From the NCBI RefSeq assembly GCF_030524025.1, contig NZ_JAUNHI010000003.1:27294-91293 (forward strand): DNA of 64,000 nt, in the 5' to 3' direction. Both the position numbers and the translations under genes were made by a program. A model generated the notes under the pieces. It saw only the letters and a program-made list of their open reading frames with translations, made no database searches and was not told the DNA's origin. This DNA comes from Actinomyces sp. GTDB lineage: Bacteria > Actinomycetota > Actinomycetes > Actinomycetales > Actinomycetaceae. Shown piece after piece: positions 30,950-42,311 of the stretch (its first letter is position 1; each line of letters begins with the position of its first letter).

Positions 30950-32395
30950 TCACATGGCGTCGCTGGCCGGTCGCTCCGGTGAGCGCAAGTCGCGATAGCG
31001 CGGCCGCAAGAGGTTGTCGACACTGAGGAGCTCGTCGAGAGTCTGCTCGTCGACCAGCCCCATCTCCAGGACGACCTCACGCACATTGCGCCCCGAGCGG
31101 GCACACTCCCTGCCCACGAGGTCGCCGTTGTCGTGACCGATGACGTCGTTGAGGTAGGTGACGATGCCGATGGAGGTGAGCACATGGTTGCGGCACACCT
31201 CCTCATTCGCCTCAATACCGATGACGCACAGCTCGCGCAGGGTGCGCATGGCATTGATGAGCAGCCGGATCGACTCGAAGCTCGCCTGGGCGATGACCGG
31301 CTCCATGACGTTGAGCTGGAGCTGCCCCGCCTCGGCGGCGAAGGTGAGAGTGACGTCGTTGCCGATCACCTTGAAGCACACCTGGTTGACGACCTCGGGG
31401 ATGACGGGGTTGACCTTGGCCGGCATGATCGAGGATCCCGCCGCCCGCTCGGGCAGGCGGATCTCGCCCAGCCCCGCCCGCGGCCCCGAGGCCAGCAGCC
31501 GCAGGTCGTTGCAGGTCTTGGACAGCTTGACGGCCAGACGCTTGACCGCGGCGTGCATCGAGACATACGCCCCGGTGTCGCTCGTGGCCTCCATGAGGTT
31601 GGCGGCACCCTGGATCTCCAGCGCGGTGATTGCACGCAGGTGGCGCACGACGGTCTCCTGGTAGCCGTCGGGGGTGTTGAGCCCGGTACCGATGGCGGTC
31701 GCACCAAGATTGACCTCGAGGAGGAGCTCAGCGTTGTGGATGAGCCGCTGAACCTCCTCGTCGAGCAGGACCGCGAAGGCCTTGAACTCCTGCCCCAGGC
31801 TCATGGGGACCGCGTCCTGGAGCTGGGTGCGGCCCATCTTGAGCACGTCGGCGAACTCGCGCGACTTGGCGAGGAAGGCGTCGATGAGGTCGCACAGCTC
31901 GGCAACCAGCTCGTAGACCGCCGCGTACAGCCCCAGCCGCAGACCCGTGGGGTAGGCGTCGTTGGTCGACTGGGAGCGGTTGACATGGTCGTTGGGGTGG
32001 ACGACGTCGTAGCGACCCTTGGCGTAACCCAGGTGCTCCAGGGCGAGGTTGGCCACCACCTCGTTGGTGTTCATATTGACGCTCGTGCCCGCACCGCCCT
32101 GGAACACGTCGATGGGGAACTGGTCGAGGCACCGGCCCTTGGCCAGGATCTGGTCGCAGGCCCACACGATGGCCCGAGCGACCTCGGCATCCAGGGCCCC
32201 GAGCTCGGCATTGGCCAGCGCCGAGGCCTTCTTGACCTGGACCATCCCGCGCACAACGCTCGGCTCGTCGCCGATGGTCGCCCCCGAGATCCGGTAGTTT
32301 TCCTGGGCACGCAGGGTGTGGATGCCCCAGTAGGACTCCAAAGGCACCTCCCGCGGCCCCAGAAGGTCCTCCTCACGACGCGTCGCCTGCGCCAT
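30950..32395 (-). CDS. aspA: aspartate ammonia-lyase
   Basis: Start at [13 protein letters not shown], preceded by GGGAG. Fumarase/aspartase family with the [11 protein letters not shown] signature. Confidence 0.9.
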   Translation of the reverse strand: MAQATRREEDLLGPREVPLESYWGIHTLRAQENYRISGATIGDEPSVVRGMVQVKKASALANAELGALDAEVARAIVWACDQILAKGRCLDQFPIDVFQGGAGTSVNMNTNEVVANLALEHLGYAKGRYDVVHPNDHVNRSQSTNDAYPTGLRLGLYAAVYELVAELCDLIDAFLAKSREFADVLKMGRTQLQDAVPMSLGQEFKAFAVLLDEEVQRLIHNAELLLEVNLGATAIGTGLNTPDGYQETVVRHLRAITALEIQGAANLMEATSDTGAYVSMHAAVKRLAVKLSKTCNDLRLLASGPRAGLGEIRLPERAAGSSIMPAKVNPVIPEVVNQVCFKVIGNDVTLTFAAEAGQLQLNVMEPVIAQASFESIRLLINAMRTLRELCVIGIEANEEVCRNHVLTSIGIVTYLNDVIGHDNGDLVGRECARSGRNVREVVLEMGLVDEQTLDELLSVDNLLRPRYRDLRSPERPASDAM

Positions 32396-32610
32396 CTCCG
32401 CTCCCTTCATCCGCCTCGGGCGCCGCTCGAGGCCGCTCGTCGATCTGCGTTGTGCCGACCGTCCTACCACGATACCGGGTGACCGCAACCACATGCTGGT
32501 CCAGGCCACCCAGCATCCACAAGGTCACGTGTTGGTCACGCTCTGCAAGGAATGTGGTCCGCGTCCCGATTCTTGTCCTCGTCCTACAACGGCGTCGGTA
32601 GAATCCATGC

Positions 32611-33798
32611 ATGGATGAGTTGAGCGCACCGGCCGTCGCCGCCCTGCGGCAGGCGCAGAAGACCATCATCGAGCACTCCCTGGACCGCATCAGCGCCGCC
32701 CACCCCTGGTACCGCACCCTGCCCGAGGCCTCGCGCCGCCAGATCGAGAAGGTCGCGGGGCTGGGCGTGTCCATGTTCGTCGACTCGGTGGAGGACCCCG
32801 TCTCCGCGGCATCGCCCTCACAGATCTTCAACGTCGCCCCGGCGGCACTGACCGGCACGGTCACCCTGGGCCAGACCCTCAGCCTCGTGCGCACCGTCGT
32901 CGACGTCGTCGAGGAGGAGGCGCCCGACGCCGTCCCGGCCGAGGACCACGACGCCGTGCGGGTACGGGTACTCACCTTCGGCCGGGACGTCGGCTTCACC
33001 GCGGCGGAGGTGTACGCCCGGGCGGCCGAGGCCCGCGGCGCCTGGGACGCCCGCCTGGAGTCGGTGGCAGTGGACTCCATGCTCCACGACTCCCCCGACG
33101 AGGCGGCCACACGCGCGGGGACCGCCGGCTGGCGCGGCCAGGGGCCCGTGCTGGCCGTGGCCGCGCGCACCGCCCTGGACGCCCTGGCCACCTCCCGCCT
33201 GCGCCACGAGTGTCGCCAGCAGGTCAAGGACGCCCTGGTCTCGGTGCGCGGGGACTCGGTCATCGTCATCCTGGGCGGTGCCCGCCTCTCCGAGGGCGAC
33301 ACCGAGCGCGGCATCACCCCCGAACGCGCCCTGGACACCGCCGCCATGGAGCTGGCCGCCGGGCTCGACGGCGTCGCCGTCGTCGGACCTGTCGTCTCCA
33401 CAGTGTCCCAGGCCGGCAGGTCACTGCGCTCGGCCCTGGCCGGGCTGCGTGCCCTGCCCGGCTGGACCCAGGCGCCCAACCCCGTCCACGCCGACGACCT
33501 CCTGCCCGAGCGTCTCCTGTCGGGCGACCCCCTGGCCTCCGAGCAGCTCCGGGTGCTCGTCTCCGAGCCCCTGCACGCCATGGGGGACCCCTTCGAGGAG
33601 ACGGTGGCCACCTACCTGGCGCTGGGGGGCAGCCTGGAGAGCACGGCCCGCACCCTGTTCGTGCATGCCAACACGGTACGCTACCGGCTGGGCAGGGTCA
33701 GCGAGCAGGTGGGCTGGGACCCCACGGACGCCCGCGACGGCCTCATGCTCCACATGGCCGTCATCGTCGGACGCCTGGCGGCCGAGCGCCTCGAGTAA
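32611..33798 (+). CDS. PucR-family transcriptional regulator (Rv2242-like)
   Basis: C-terminal HTH TARTLFVHANTVRYRLGRV. Sits between aceE and the ACP-KAS pair, as Mtb Rv2242 does. Confidence 0.8.
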   Translation: MDELSAPAVAALRQAQKTIIEHSLDRISAAHPWYRTLPEASRRQIEKVAGLGVSMFVDSVEDPVSAASPSQIFNVAPAALTGTVTLGQTLSLVRTVVDVVEEEAPDAVPAEDHDAVRVRVLTFGRDVGFTAAEVYARAAEARGAWDARLESVAVDSMLHDSPDEAATRAGTAGWRGQGPVLAVAARTALDALATSRLRHECRQQVKDALVSVRGDSVIVILGGARLSEGDTERGITPERALDTAAMELAAGLDGVAVVGPVVSTVSQAGRSLRSALAGLRALPGWTQAPNPVHADDLLPERLLSGDPLASEQLRVLVSEPLHAMGDPFEETVATYLALGGSLESTARTLFVHANTVRYRLGRVSEQVGWDPTDARDGLMLHMAVIVGRLAAERLE

Positions 33799-33851
33799 CC
33801 GGCACGCGATCCGCCCAGCGCATCCATTCCGCACCCCAGGAGGTTTGACAC

Positions 33852-34097
33852 ATGGCACCGGCACCCGATGTCCTGGCCACCATCATCGAGATCACCGCCG
33901 AGGAGGCGGGCGTGGCCCCCGAGACCGTCACCCGCGCCACCCGCTTCGCCCTCGACCTCGACATCGACTCCCTGGGCTTGCTCACCATCGCCACCCAGGT
34001 CGAGGAGCGCTTCGGGGTCGTCCTCGACGACTCCCTCATCCCCAACCTGCCGACGGTGGGCGCGCTGGCCGACCTCGTCGCCGAGCAGACGAGCTGA
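33852..34097 (+). CDS. acpP: acyl carrier protein
   Basis: RBS AGGAGG. 81 aa. Phosphopantetheine site LDLDIDSLGLL. Confidence 0.85.
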   Translation: MAPAPDVLATIIEITAEEAGVAPETVTRATRFALDLDIDSLGLLTIATQVEERFGVVLDDSLIPNLPTVGALADLVAEQTS

Positions 34098-34103
34098 GGC
34101 CAC

Positions 34104-35348
34104 GTGGCAGCGCCCGAGCCGCGGGCGGTCGTCGTCACGGGCCTGGGGACCATCAACCCGCTCGGACCGAACACCGCGGGGACCTGGCAGGCCCTGCGTG
34201 AGGGCCGCTGCGCGGTGACCGGCCTGGATGGCACGGTACTGGGCGGTTTCGACCTGCCCGTGCGCATCGGGGCTTCCCTGGCTCTCGACCCCGGCGAGCA
34301 GCTCGAGCCCCGCCTGCGGCGCAGACTGGACCGTGCGAGCCAGTGCGCCCTGGTGGCCGCCCGCCAGGCCTGGGAACATGCGGGTGCGCCGCCGGTGGAC
34401 GCCGGCCGCTTGGCGGTGTCGGTCTCCCCGGGCATGGGTCCCGTGCTGTCGGTCATGGGCGCTTGGGATGCGCTGCGCTCCCACGGCCCGCGCCGGGTGC
34501 CGCCGACGGCGGTGCCCGCCCTCATGCCCAACGCCCCGGCCGCCGCCGTCGGCATCGAGCTGGGGGCACGGGCAGGTGTCCACGCACCAGTGTCCGCCTG
34601 CGCCTCGGGGGCCGAGGCGATCGCCTACGGCGCCGACCTCATCACCCTGGGGCGCGCCGACGTCGTCGTGGCCGGTGGGACCGATGCCGCCCTGCACCCC
34701 ATGACCATCGCGTCCTTCGCCGCGATGAGGGCGCTGTCGAGACGCAACGAGGAGCCCGCCACCGCCTCGCGGCCCTTCGCCCCCGACCGGGACGGCTTCG
34801 TCCTGGGCGAGGGGGCCGGCGTGCTCGTCCTGGAGGCCGCCGAGCACGCCCAAGCGCGGGGTGCCCGGACCCTGGCCGTGCTGGCGGGCGCGGCGGTCAC
34901 GGCCGACGCCTACGACGTCGCCCGTCCCGAGCCCGAGGGCACCGAGCAGGCCCGGGCACTGCACCTGGCCCTCGAGCGCGCCGGGCTGTCTGCCGAGCGA
35001 GTCGGGCACGTCAACGCCCACGCGACCTCCACCCCCGCCGGGGACATCGTCGAGGCGAGCGTCCTGGCGCGGACGCTTCCCTGCGCAGCGGTCTCGGCGA
35101 CCAAGTCGGCCACCGGCCACCTCCTGGGCGGCGCCGGGGGTCTCGAGGCGGTGCTGACCGTCATGGCGCTCGGATCGCGGTTCCTGCCCGGGACCCTCCT
35201 GCCCGGCGGCCTCGACCCGGACGTCGCCGCCCTCGGCCTCGACGTGGTCGGCCCCGGGGGGCGGCCGGCCCCTGACCTGGAGGCCGCCGTCTCCACCTCC
35301 TTCGGCTTCGGCGGCCACAACGTGGCCCTCGCCTTCACCCGCCCCTGA
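34104..35348 (+). CDS. beta-ketoacyl-ACP synthase II (KasA/FabF-like)
   Basis: GTG start 6 nt after the acp stop. Thiolase-fold KAS with active-site Cys (VSACASGAEA) and the His-His region. Confidence 0.9.
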   Translation: MAAPEPRAVVVTGLGTINPLGPNTAGTWQALREGRCAVTGLDGTVLGGFDLPVRIGASLALDPGEQLEPRLRRRLDRASQCALVAARQAWEHAGAPPVDAGRLAVSVSPGMGPVLSVMGAWDALRSHGPRRVPPTAVPALMPNAPAAAVGIELGARAGVHAPVSACASGAEAIAYGADLITLGRADVVVAGGTDAALHPMTIASFAAMRALSRRNEEPATASRPFAPDRDGFVLGEGAGVLVLEAAEHAQARGARTLAVLAGAAVTADAYDVARPEPEGTEQARALHLALERAGLSAERVGHVNAHATSTPAGDIVEASVLARTLPCAAVSATKSATGHLLGGAGGLEAVLTVMALGSRFLPGTLLPGGLDPDVAALGLDVVGPGGRPAPDLEAAVSTSFGFGGHNVALAFTRP

Positions 35349-35429
35349 CGCCTCCCCCACCACCGGCGAGATCGGGCCCTATGGCGCGCAGCCGGTCGCA
35401 GCCCTCCGATCAGCCGGCATCAGCCGACA

Positions 35430-35930
35430 TCAGCCGACACGGTGCAGCCAGCGCACGGGCGCGCCGGCGCCGGCGTAGCGGAAGGGCTCGAGCTCGTCGT
35501 CCCAGGCCTGGCCGAGGGCCAGGTCGAGCTGACGCTGCATGACCTCGGGATCGAGCGCGTGCCGCAGGGCCGCCCGGACGCGGTCCTCGGGAACGACGAC
35601 GTTGCCGTGCACGTCGGTCTGGGCGTGGAAGATCCCCAGGTCCGGCGTGTGGGACCAGCGCCCGCCATCGGTGCCTGGCGAGGCCTCCTCGGTCACCTCG
35701 TAACGCAGGTTGGCCCACCCCCGCAGTGCGGAGGTCAGCTGGGCGCCGGTACCCACGCGCCCCACCCAGCTCGTCTCGGCGCGCAGCATGCCGGGCGCCG
35801 CAGGCTGGTCGGTCCAGTCCAGGCGCACGCGACTGCCCAGCACCTCGGCCGCCGCCCACTCGATGTGCGGGCATAGGGCGCGGGGCGCTGAGTGCACGAA
35901 AAGTACACCGCGGGTGTAAGCACCGTTCAC
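35430..35930 (-). CDS. DUF3145 domain protein
   Basis: AGGAGG RBS 9 nt upstream of GTG. VNGAYTRGVLFVHSAPRALCPHIEWA. This family is typically found next to KAS genes in actinobacteria. Confidence 0.65.
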   Translation of the reverse strand: MNGAYTRGVLFVHSAPRALCPHIEWAAAEVLGSRVRLDWTDQPAAPGMLRAETSWVGRVGTGAQLTSALRGWANLRYEVTEEASPGTDGGRWSHTPDLGIFHAQTDVHGNVVVPEDRVRAALRHALDPEVMQRQLDLALGQAWDDELEPFRYAGAGAPVRWLHRVG

Positions 35931-36118
35931 GACGGATCGCCTCCTGGTTGTGTCGAGATTCGTCTTCCCCAACGGTCTCGACGCATGGAGCGGGCGGTCC
36001 TGGTGGATGCACGCGGCGTGCAGCGCCATCGTGCCAGATCCGGGGCGAGGAATCCAGGCCGGGCGGCGGCCGAGGCAACGACAGAGGCCCTGCCACGGTG
36101 GGCAGGGCCTCTACAGGG

Positions 36119-36190
<72 letters not shown>

Positions 36191-36281
36191 TCAGCGCTCG
36201 GCGCGGGTTGAACTCTAGCAACCCCCGGGTCCGACGTCGAATCGGCTCAAGGCAGCCCAGGCACGTCCTGGCGGCGCAAAG

Positions 36282-36821
36282 TCACGATGTGGGCAGACCC
36301 ACACCGTCACGGACACGGCGCTCCAGCACGACAAGTGCGGCGCGGTCGGCCTCGTCCAGCCCGTCGGGGGGCGCCGGAGTGCACACGGTGTAGAGCCCCC
36401 CGTCCTCGTCGCGGCGGGCACTGACGGTCACCCGCAGCCCCGAGGGCAGGGTGTCGCTGGCGGAGTGGACGAGGGCCGACTCGACCCGCTCGCGCAGGGC
36501 ACGGGCGAAGGGGGCGACATCGACCTCGCCGCCCTCAACCACGGTGGTCACCCGAAGGAGCAGCTCGGGCGCGGCGTCGATCCAGGTGATGGTGAAGGTC
36601 AGAGCGCCCGCGTCCCAGGCGCCCCGTGCCACCTCGTGCCAGGGCCGGGACAGCTCGGATCCGTCCTCCCCCAGCACCTCCAGGCCGCGGGCAGTGGCGG
36701 CCGCCCAGCGCCGGCCATCGGGTGCCAGCGGGACGGCGCCCAGGAGGGCCGCGCCGGGGCGGAGGTGTGCAGTGAGACCGGCGGGTAGGCGGGCGGGGCG
36801 ACGACGGGAGAACAAGGGCAT
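36282..36821 (-). CDS. hypothetical protein
   Basis: Start at [13 protein letters not shown]. 179 aa. Good GC3 bias. No family recognised. Confidence 0.5.
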   Translation of the reverse strand: MPLFSRRRPARLPAGLTAHLRPGAALLGAVPLAPDGRRWAAATARGLEVLGEDGSELSRPWHEVARGAWDAGALTFTITWIDAAPELLLRVTTVVEGGEVDVAPFARALRERVESALVHSASDTLPSGLRVTVSARRDEDGGLYTVCTPAPPDGLDEADRAALVVLERRVRDGVGLPTS

Positions 36822-36880
36822 GGCCCCACCGTACCGGGGCCCTCCGCCGGCTCGGTCCAGGTCCCAGGACGTGCGAGGAT

Positions 36881-37378
36881 GTGCCCATGGCATTCCGTGA
36901 CATCCGCATCATCGGCGACCCCGTGCTGCGCACCCCCTGCGACCCGATCACCGACCGTGACGCCACCGTCAAGGCGCTGGTCGAGGACCTGCTGGAGACG
37001 GTCGACGACGAGGGGCGGGCGGGCCTGGCCGCCAACCAGATCGGGGTGAGCCTGCGCGCCTTCTCCTGGAACATCGACGGGGAGATCGGCTACATCCTCA
37101 ACCCGGTGCTCGTGGAGGTCTCGGACGAGGAGTTCCAGGACGGCGACGAGGGCTGCCTGTCGGTGCCCGGCCTGTGGTACCCCACCGAGCGCGCCTGGTA
37201 CGCCCGGGCCGAGGGCATCGACCTCGACGGGCGCCCCGTGGTGGTCGAGGGCGAGGAGTTGATGGCCCGCTGCATCCAGCACGAGTGCGACCACCTCGAC
37301 GGCCGCCTCTACCTCGACCGTCTCAGCCGCGCCCACCGGGTCCAGGCGATGAAGGCACTGCGCGCCCAGGGGCTGTGA
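36881..37378 (+). CDS. def: peptide deformylase
   Basis: Motifs [16 protein letters not shown] and QHECDHLDG. Confidence 0.9.
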   Translation: MPMAFRDIRIIGDPVLRTPCDPITDRDATVKALVEDLLETVDDEGRAGLAANQIGVSLRAFSWNIDGEIGYILNPVLVEVSDEEFQDGDEGCLSVPGLWYPTERAWYARAEGIDLDGRPVVVEGEELMARCIQHECDHLDGRLYLDRLSRAHRVQAMKALRAQGL

Positions 37379-37391
37379 GGCCTCGAGGCGC

Positions 37392-38639
37392 TCAGGCGGT
37401 CAGCGCTCGGGTGACGGTGTCCGCCATGAGTCGGCCGCGCAGGGTCAGCACCGCACGCCCCTTCATGGCGGCGGCGGGCTCCAGCAGCCCATCGGCGACC
37501 AGTCCGGCCACGACCGGCACGAGGTGGGCGGGGGTGCCGGACTCCGGCCCCAGAGACGCCAGGTCGAGCCCGTGGCGCAGCCGGATGCCGAGCATGACCT
37601 GCTCGAGCCGACGCGACTCGGGGTCGATCACCTCGTGCCCGTCGACCGCCAGCCTCCCGGCCGAGACCCGACCGGCCCAGGCCAGCGGGTGCTTGACGTT
37701 CCACAGGCGCACGTCCCCCAGGTGGGAGTGCGCCCCGGGGCCGGCCCCCCACCAGTCCCAGTCGAGCCAGTAGGCCTGGTTGTGCCGGCACTCGAAGCCG
37801 GGCCTGGACCAGTTCGAGATCTCGTACCACCGGTAGCCCGCCCCGGCCAGCGCCGCATCGGCCATCTCGTACTTGGCGGCCTCGTCGTCATCCTCGGGCA
37901 TGGGCAGCTCGCCACGACGCACCTGCGTCCACATCCTCGTGCCCTCCTCGATGACCAGGGCGTAGGCGCTCAGGTGATCCGGCCCGGTCTCCACGGCCGC
38001 GTCCAGGGAGCGCCGCCAGTCCTCCATTGACTCCCCGGGGGTTCCGTAGATGAGGTCGAGTGAGGTGGCCAACCCCGCCCGGCGCGCCCAGCCGACCACC
38101 TGCGGCACCCGCTCGGGGGTGTGGGTCCGGTCGAGCACCCTGAGGACCTCAGGCACCGCGGACTGCATCCCCACCGACACCCGCGTGAAGCCCGCCTCGG
38201 CCAGTGCCGCCAGACCGCGCTCGTCCACCGTGTCCGGGTTGGCCTCCGTGGTCACCTCGGCCTCGTCATCGAGCCCGAAGGTATGGCGGACCAGGTCGAG
38301 CACGCGCGCGAGGTCGGCCACGGGCAGCATCGTCGGCGTGCCACCGCCCAGGAAGACGGTGCGGGCCGGCCGCGCGGGCAGGCCCGCGGCGTCCATAGCG
38401 GCCCGTGCTCGACGCATCTCACCGGCCAGGGTGCCCACATAGTCGCCCACCGACGCGCCGGAGCCCATCGCCAGGTTCGTGTAGGTGTTGAAGTCGCAGT
38501 ACCCGCAGCGCACCCGGCAGTAGGGCACGTGGACATACACCGAGAAGGGGCGCGGCCCGCCGCCACCGGGGGGCATCGAACCGACCCCCTCGGGCAGGAG
38601 GTCCTGCCCGGCTGTCGCCAGCTCCAGGGGCACGCTCAC
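37392..38639 (-). CDS. hemW: radical SAM heme chaperone HemW (HemN-like coproporphyrinogen III oxidase family)
   Basis: PFSVYVHVPYCRVRCGYCDFNTY CxxxCxxC motif plus the HemN C-terminal domain. The GTG start chosen overlaps the trmB stop (GTGA). The upstream 200 codons of the 624-aa ORF are Arg/Gly-rich junk. Confidence 0.85.
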   Translation of the reverse strand: MSVPLELATAGQDLLPEGVGSMPPGGGGPRPFSVYVHVPYCRVRCGYCDFNTYTNLAMGSGASVGDYVGTLAGEMRRARAAMDAAGLPARPARTVFLGGGTPTMLPVADLARVLDLVRHTFGLDDEAEVTTEANPDTVDERGLAALAEAGFTRVSVGMQSAVPEVLRVLDRTHTPERVPQVVGWARRAGLATSLDLIYGTPGESMEDWRRSLDAAVETGPDHLSAYALVIEEGTRMWTQVRRGELPMPEDDDEAAKYEMADAALAGAGYRWYEISNWSRPGFECRHNQAYWLDWDWWGAGPGAHSHLGDVRLWNVKHPLAWAGRVSAGRLAVDGHEVIDPESRRLEQVMLGIRLRHGLDLASLGPESGTPAHLVPVVAGLVADGLLEPAAAMKGRAVLTLRGRLMADTVTRALTA

Positions 38640-39691
38640 GGGCGCCCGGCCCCGTCGCCCGCCGGACGGTGCGTCCCGTGCCCCCTGTCTCCCGGGCCCG
38701 CCAGACCGCCGAAGGCGTCGGCCTCGCGCAGCCGCCAGGGCTCGTCCTCCAACCGGTCCCAGGCGGCCCCCTCGGCCTCCAGGCGCGCCAGCACGTCCTG
38801 GCCCCGCAGCGGCTCCCAGGGCGCCTCGGTTCGCACCGCTCGCAGGTCGCGGATCGTGCGACCCTCCTCGATGCCTCGCTGCTCGAAACGCGTCATCACC
38901 CGCCCGGGGTACCGCTCGGCCCACCCGCCGCGCCGGCCCGACGGCGAGCCGGGGTCCAGGCCGTTGCCCAGCGATCCCTCCTGGGCAGTGGGTGCACCGA
39001 GATCGGGCAACGCCCCGGCGTCGTCGTACCGGAAGTACGCCTCGGTCATATCCGCCTCGATCCCCGTGGGCAGCCCGGCGGCCTGCTCGACAACGTCGCG
39101 CATCTGCCAGGCGTAGTCCGACCAGTCGGTGGCCAGGCGCCACACGCCACCGGGCCGCAGCACCCGGGCCACGGAGTCGGCGAAGGTCGGCGTGACCAGA
39201 CGCCGCTTGCGGTGACGGGGCTTTCGCCACGGGTCGGGGAAGAACACCCACACCTCCGAGGCGCAACCCACCGGCAGGGCGGTCGACAGCAGCTGTGCGG
39301 CATCGGCGGGCGCCACCCTGAGGTTGGCCAGCCCCTGGCGCCCCGCCGCCGTCACGATCCGGGCGATCGCCGTGCGCCAGACCTCGACCGCCAGGTAGTC
39401 GATGCCCGGGTTGGCCCGGGCCGCCGCCAGGATCGCCTCGCCCGAGCCCGATCCCACCTCGACGACCAGCGGCCGGGTCTGACCGCCGCGCCCGAAGGCG
39501 ACCGTCGGGTCGAGGCGGAAGCCCGGAGCCACCGTACGCACCGCGTCGGCACGCGGCACGTCGAGAACATAAAAACCGCCGAAACGCTCCATGGCCCGCT
39601 CCTGCCCCGGGTGCAGGCGCCCGCCCGCACGGGAGAAGGAACGCACGCGCGCATGGATCGCATGCGATCGGGCGGGGTGCTGCTGCGCCAT
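38636..39691 (-). CDS. trmB: tRNA (guanine46-N7)-methyltransferase with C-terminal extension
   Basis: Start at MAQQHPARSHAIHARVRSF. SAM-binding VGSGSGE and FFPDPWRKPRHRKRRL motifs. About 70 extra C-terminal residues. Confidence 0.8.
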   Translation of the reverse strand: MAQQHPARSHAIHARVRSFSRAGGRLHPGQERAMERFGGFYVLDVPRADAVRTVAPGFRLDPTVAFGRGGQTRPLVVEVGSGSGEAILAAARANPGIDYLAVEVWRTAIARIVTAAGRQGLANLRVAPADAAQLLSTALPVGCASEVWVFFPDPWRKPRHRKRRLVTPTFADSVARVLRPGGVWRLATDWSDYAWQMRDVVEQAAGLPTGIEADMTEAYFRYDDAGALPDLGAPTAQEGSLGNGLDPGSPSGRRGGWAERYPGRVMTRFEQRGIEEGRTIRDLRAVRTEAPWEPLRGQDVLARLEAEGAAWDRLEDEPWRLREADAFGGLAGPGDRGHGTHRPAGDGAGRP

Positions 39692-39710
39692 CTCCTCGTA
39701 CCCCCTGGCT

Positions 39711-41591
39711 CTACCGGCTGTCCTTGCCCGAGGGCTGGTCCGCACCCAGGGCGGCGATGAAGGCCTCCTGGGGAACATCGACCCGCCCGATGGCCTTCAT
39801 GCGCTTCTTGCCCTCCTTCTGCTTCTCCAGCAGCTTGCGCTTGCGGGAGATGTCCCCGCCGTAGCACTTGGCGAGCATGTCCTTGCGCAGCGCCCGGATC
39901 GTCTCGCGGGCGATGACCCGGCTACCAATGGCCGCCTGGACCGGGACCTCGAACTGCTGGCGCGGGATGAGCTCCTTGAGGCGCTTGGTCATCATGACGC
40001 CGTAGGAGTAGGAGGAATCCCGGTGGACGATCGCCGAGAAGGCGTCGACCTTCTCGCCGTTGAGCAGGATGTCGACCTTGACCAGGTCGGCGCTCTGCTC
40101 GCCGTCGGGCTCATAGTCCAAGGAGGCGTATCCCCGGGTACGTGACTTCAGGGCGTCGAAGAAGTCGAAGACGATCTCGGCCAGGGGCAGGGTGTAATGC
40201 ATCTCGACCCGCGACTCCGACAGGTAGTCCATGCCCTGCATCGTGCCCCGCCGCGACTGGCACAGCTCCATCACCGTGCCGACGTACTCACTGGGGGTCA
40301 GGATCGTGGCGCGTACGACCGGCTCGCGCACGTCGAGCACCTTGCCCGAGGGGAGCTCACTGGGATTGGTCACCGTGTGGACGCTCTTGTCCTCCAGGGT
40401 GACCTCGTAAACCACCGAGGGCGCCGTGGAGATGATGTCGAGGTTGAACTCCCGCTCCAGGCGCTCACGGATGATCTCCAGGTGGAGCAGCCCCAGGTAC
40501 CCGCAACGGAAGCCGAAGCCCAGGGCCACCGAGGTCTCGGGCTCGTAGGTCAGAGCGGCGTCGTTGAGCTTGAGCTTGTCCAGGGCGTCGCGCAGCGCGG
40601 GGAAATCGGAGCCGTCCACGGGGAACAGCCCGGAGAAGACCATCGGCTTGGGGTCCTGGTAGCCCGACAGCGGCTCGGCCGCCGGGGCCAAGGCCCGCGT
40701 CACCGTGTCACCGACCCGGGACTGGCGCACGTCCTTGACCCCGGTGATGAGGTAGCCGACCTCCCCGGCGCCCAGGCCGGTCGTGGGCACCGGCTCGGGG
40801 CTGATGACGCCGATCTCCAGCAGGTCGTGGACCGCGCCGGTCGACAGCATCTCGATGCGCTCGCGGGCGGTCAGCGCCCCGTCGACGACACGCACGTAGG
40901 TGACCACGCCCCGGTAGGTGTCGTAGACCGAGTCGAAGATCATCGCGCGGGCGGCGCCCTCGGGCTGCCCCGAGGGGGGCGGGACCGCCTCGACGATGCG
41001 GTCGAGGAGCTCGGGCACCCCCTGGCCCGTCTTGCCCGAGACCCGCAGGACCTCCTCGGGGTCGCAGCCGATGATCGAGGCGATCTCGGCGGCATGCCGC
41101 TCCGGGTCGGCGGCGGGCAGATCGATCTTGTTGAGCACCGGGATGATCGTCAGGTCGCCCTCGATGGCCATGTAGAGGTTGGCCAGGGTCTGGGCCTGGA
41201 CCCCCTGGGCAGCGTCGACCAGGAGCACGGCGCCCTCGCAGGCGGCCAGCGACCGGCTGACCTCGTAGGAGAAGTCGACGTGGCCGGGGGTATCGATCAT
41301 ATTGAGGGCGTAGGCGGTGGTCGTGCCATCCGCCGCGGTGACGGCCCAGGGCATGCGCACCGCCTGGGACTTGATCGTGATCCCGCGCTCGCGCTCAATG
41401 TCCATGCGGTCCAGGTACTGGGCGCGCATGTCCCGGGGGGCAACGACGCCGGTGGCCTGGAGCATCCGGTCCGCCAGCGTCGACTTGCCGTGGTCGATAT
41501 GGGCGATGATCGAGAAGTTCCGGAGCTGGGCCTGGGCCGTGGCCGCCGGGGCGACGCCTTGGGCCTGCGCGGGCGTGGGGATGGGTGACAC
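39711..41591 (-). CDS. lepA: elongation factor 4
   Basis: GTP-binding [18 protein letters not shown] and NKID motifs. LepA C-terminal domain. 626 aa. Confidence 0.95.
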   Translation of the reverse strand: MSPIPTPAQAQGVAPAATAQAQLRNFSIIAHIDHGKSTLADRMLQATGVVAPRDMRAQYLDRMDIERERGITIKSQAVRMPWAVTAADGTTTAYALNMIDTPGHVDFSYEVSRSLAACEGAVLLVDAAQGVQAQTLANLYMAIEGDLTIIPVLNKIDLPAADPERHAAEIASIIGCDPEEVLRVSGKTGQGVPELLDRIVEAVPPPSGQPEGAARAMIFDSVYDTYRGVVTYVRVVDGALTARERIEMLSTGAVHDLLEIGVISPEPVPTTGLGAGEVGYLITGVKDVRQSRVGDTVTRALAPAAEPLSGYQDPKPMVFSGLFPVDGSDFPALRDALDKLKLNDAALTYEPETSVALGFGFRCGYLGLLHLEIIRERLEREFNLDIISTAPSVVYEVTLEDKSVHTVTNPSELPSGKVLDVREPVVRATILTPSEYVGTVMELCQSRRGTMQGMDYLSESRVEMHYTLPLAEIVFDFFDALKSRTRGYASLDYEPDGEQSADLVKVDILLNGEKVDAFSAIVHRDSSYSYGVMMTKRLKELIPRQQFEVPVQAAIGSRVIARETIRALRKDMLAKCYGGDISRKRKLLEKQKEGKKRMKAIGRVDVPQEAFIAALGADQPSGKDSR

Positions 41592-41807
41592 GTCGGCCTT
41601 CCGTCTGAGGTCTGCTCATGCTGGCGCCCGCCGGCGGCCTCGGCCTGGCGGGCGCGCAGCGGGCAGGATCTGCGCACAGTGTCCCATGAGCCGCACCCGG
41701 GGGACGACGGCGCACCCCGGCCACGGCACAAGGTCACACGGGCGCCGCTCCGGGGACCGTAGGCGGCGTCGCCCCGGCACCTACCGACTTAGGCTAGCCT
41801 GACCCGC

Positions 41808-42311
41808 ATGATGCACCGGATCGGAGACCTGCCCTACACCTGGGTGTTCCTGCTGTTCTGGTCGGGAGGGATGATGCGCTCCAACACGATCTACTGGATC
41901 GGCCGGAGCATCACGGCCGGAACCGCCCGCAGCAGGTGGTCCACGATGCTCGACTCCCCCATGTACCTGACCGCCCAGTCCTGGACCGCACGCTGGGGCG
42001 TCCTGGCCGTGCCCCTGTCCTTCCTGACCATCGGCCTCCAGAGCTTCATCCAGCTGTCGGCCGGTGTGGCGCGCATGCCCCTGCGCCGCTACGTCCCCGC
42101 CACCGCCGTGGGCGCCGTCGCCTGGGCCACCATTTACACGACCATCGGCATGGCGGTCCTGGCCGCCTGGTACTCCAGCCCGGCGGGCCGCGTGGTCTCC
42201 GTGGTCCTCGTGGGCGTCGTCATCGGGTCGGTCATCCTCCAGCGCCGTCGCGCCGAGGAGGCCGCCCGCGCCCGAGGGCATGCGAGCCCCGTGGGCTCGG
42301 GCGCCCGGTAG
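41808..42311 (+). CDS. short DedA/VTT-family membrane protein
   Basis: RSNTIYWIGR..AGVARMPLRRYVPATAVGAVAWATIYTTIG resembles the C-terminal half of DedA. 167 aa, shorter than canonical. Confidence 0.55.
   Translation: MMHRIGDLPYTWVFLLFWSGGMMRSNTIYWIGRSITAGTARSRWSTMLDSPMYLTAQSWTARWGVLAVPLSFLTIGLQSFIQLSAGVARMPLRRYVPATAVGAVAWATIYTTIGMAVLAAWYSSPAGRVVSVVLVGVVIGSVILQRRRAEEAARARGHASPVGSGAR

Noticed and set aside
33681-35363. 560-aa minus-strand ORF
   Set aside because: Antisense to the acp and KAS genes.
38640-39266. N-terminal 209 codons of the 624-aa hemW ORF
   Set aside because: Arg/Gly-rich with no homology. HemW homology and a GTGA-coupled GTG start begin at 38639.
39692-39778. N-terminal 29 codons of the trmB ORF
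   Set aside because: TrmB homology begins at the Met at 39691. An upstream extension would overlap the lepA end.
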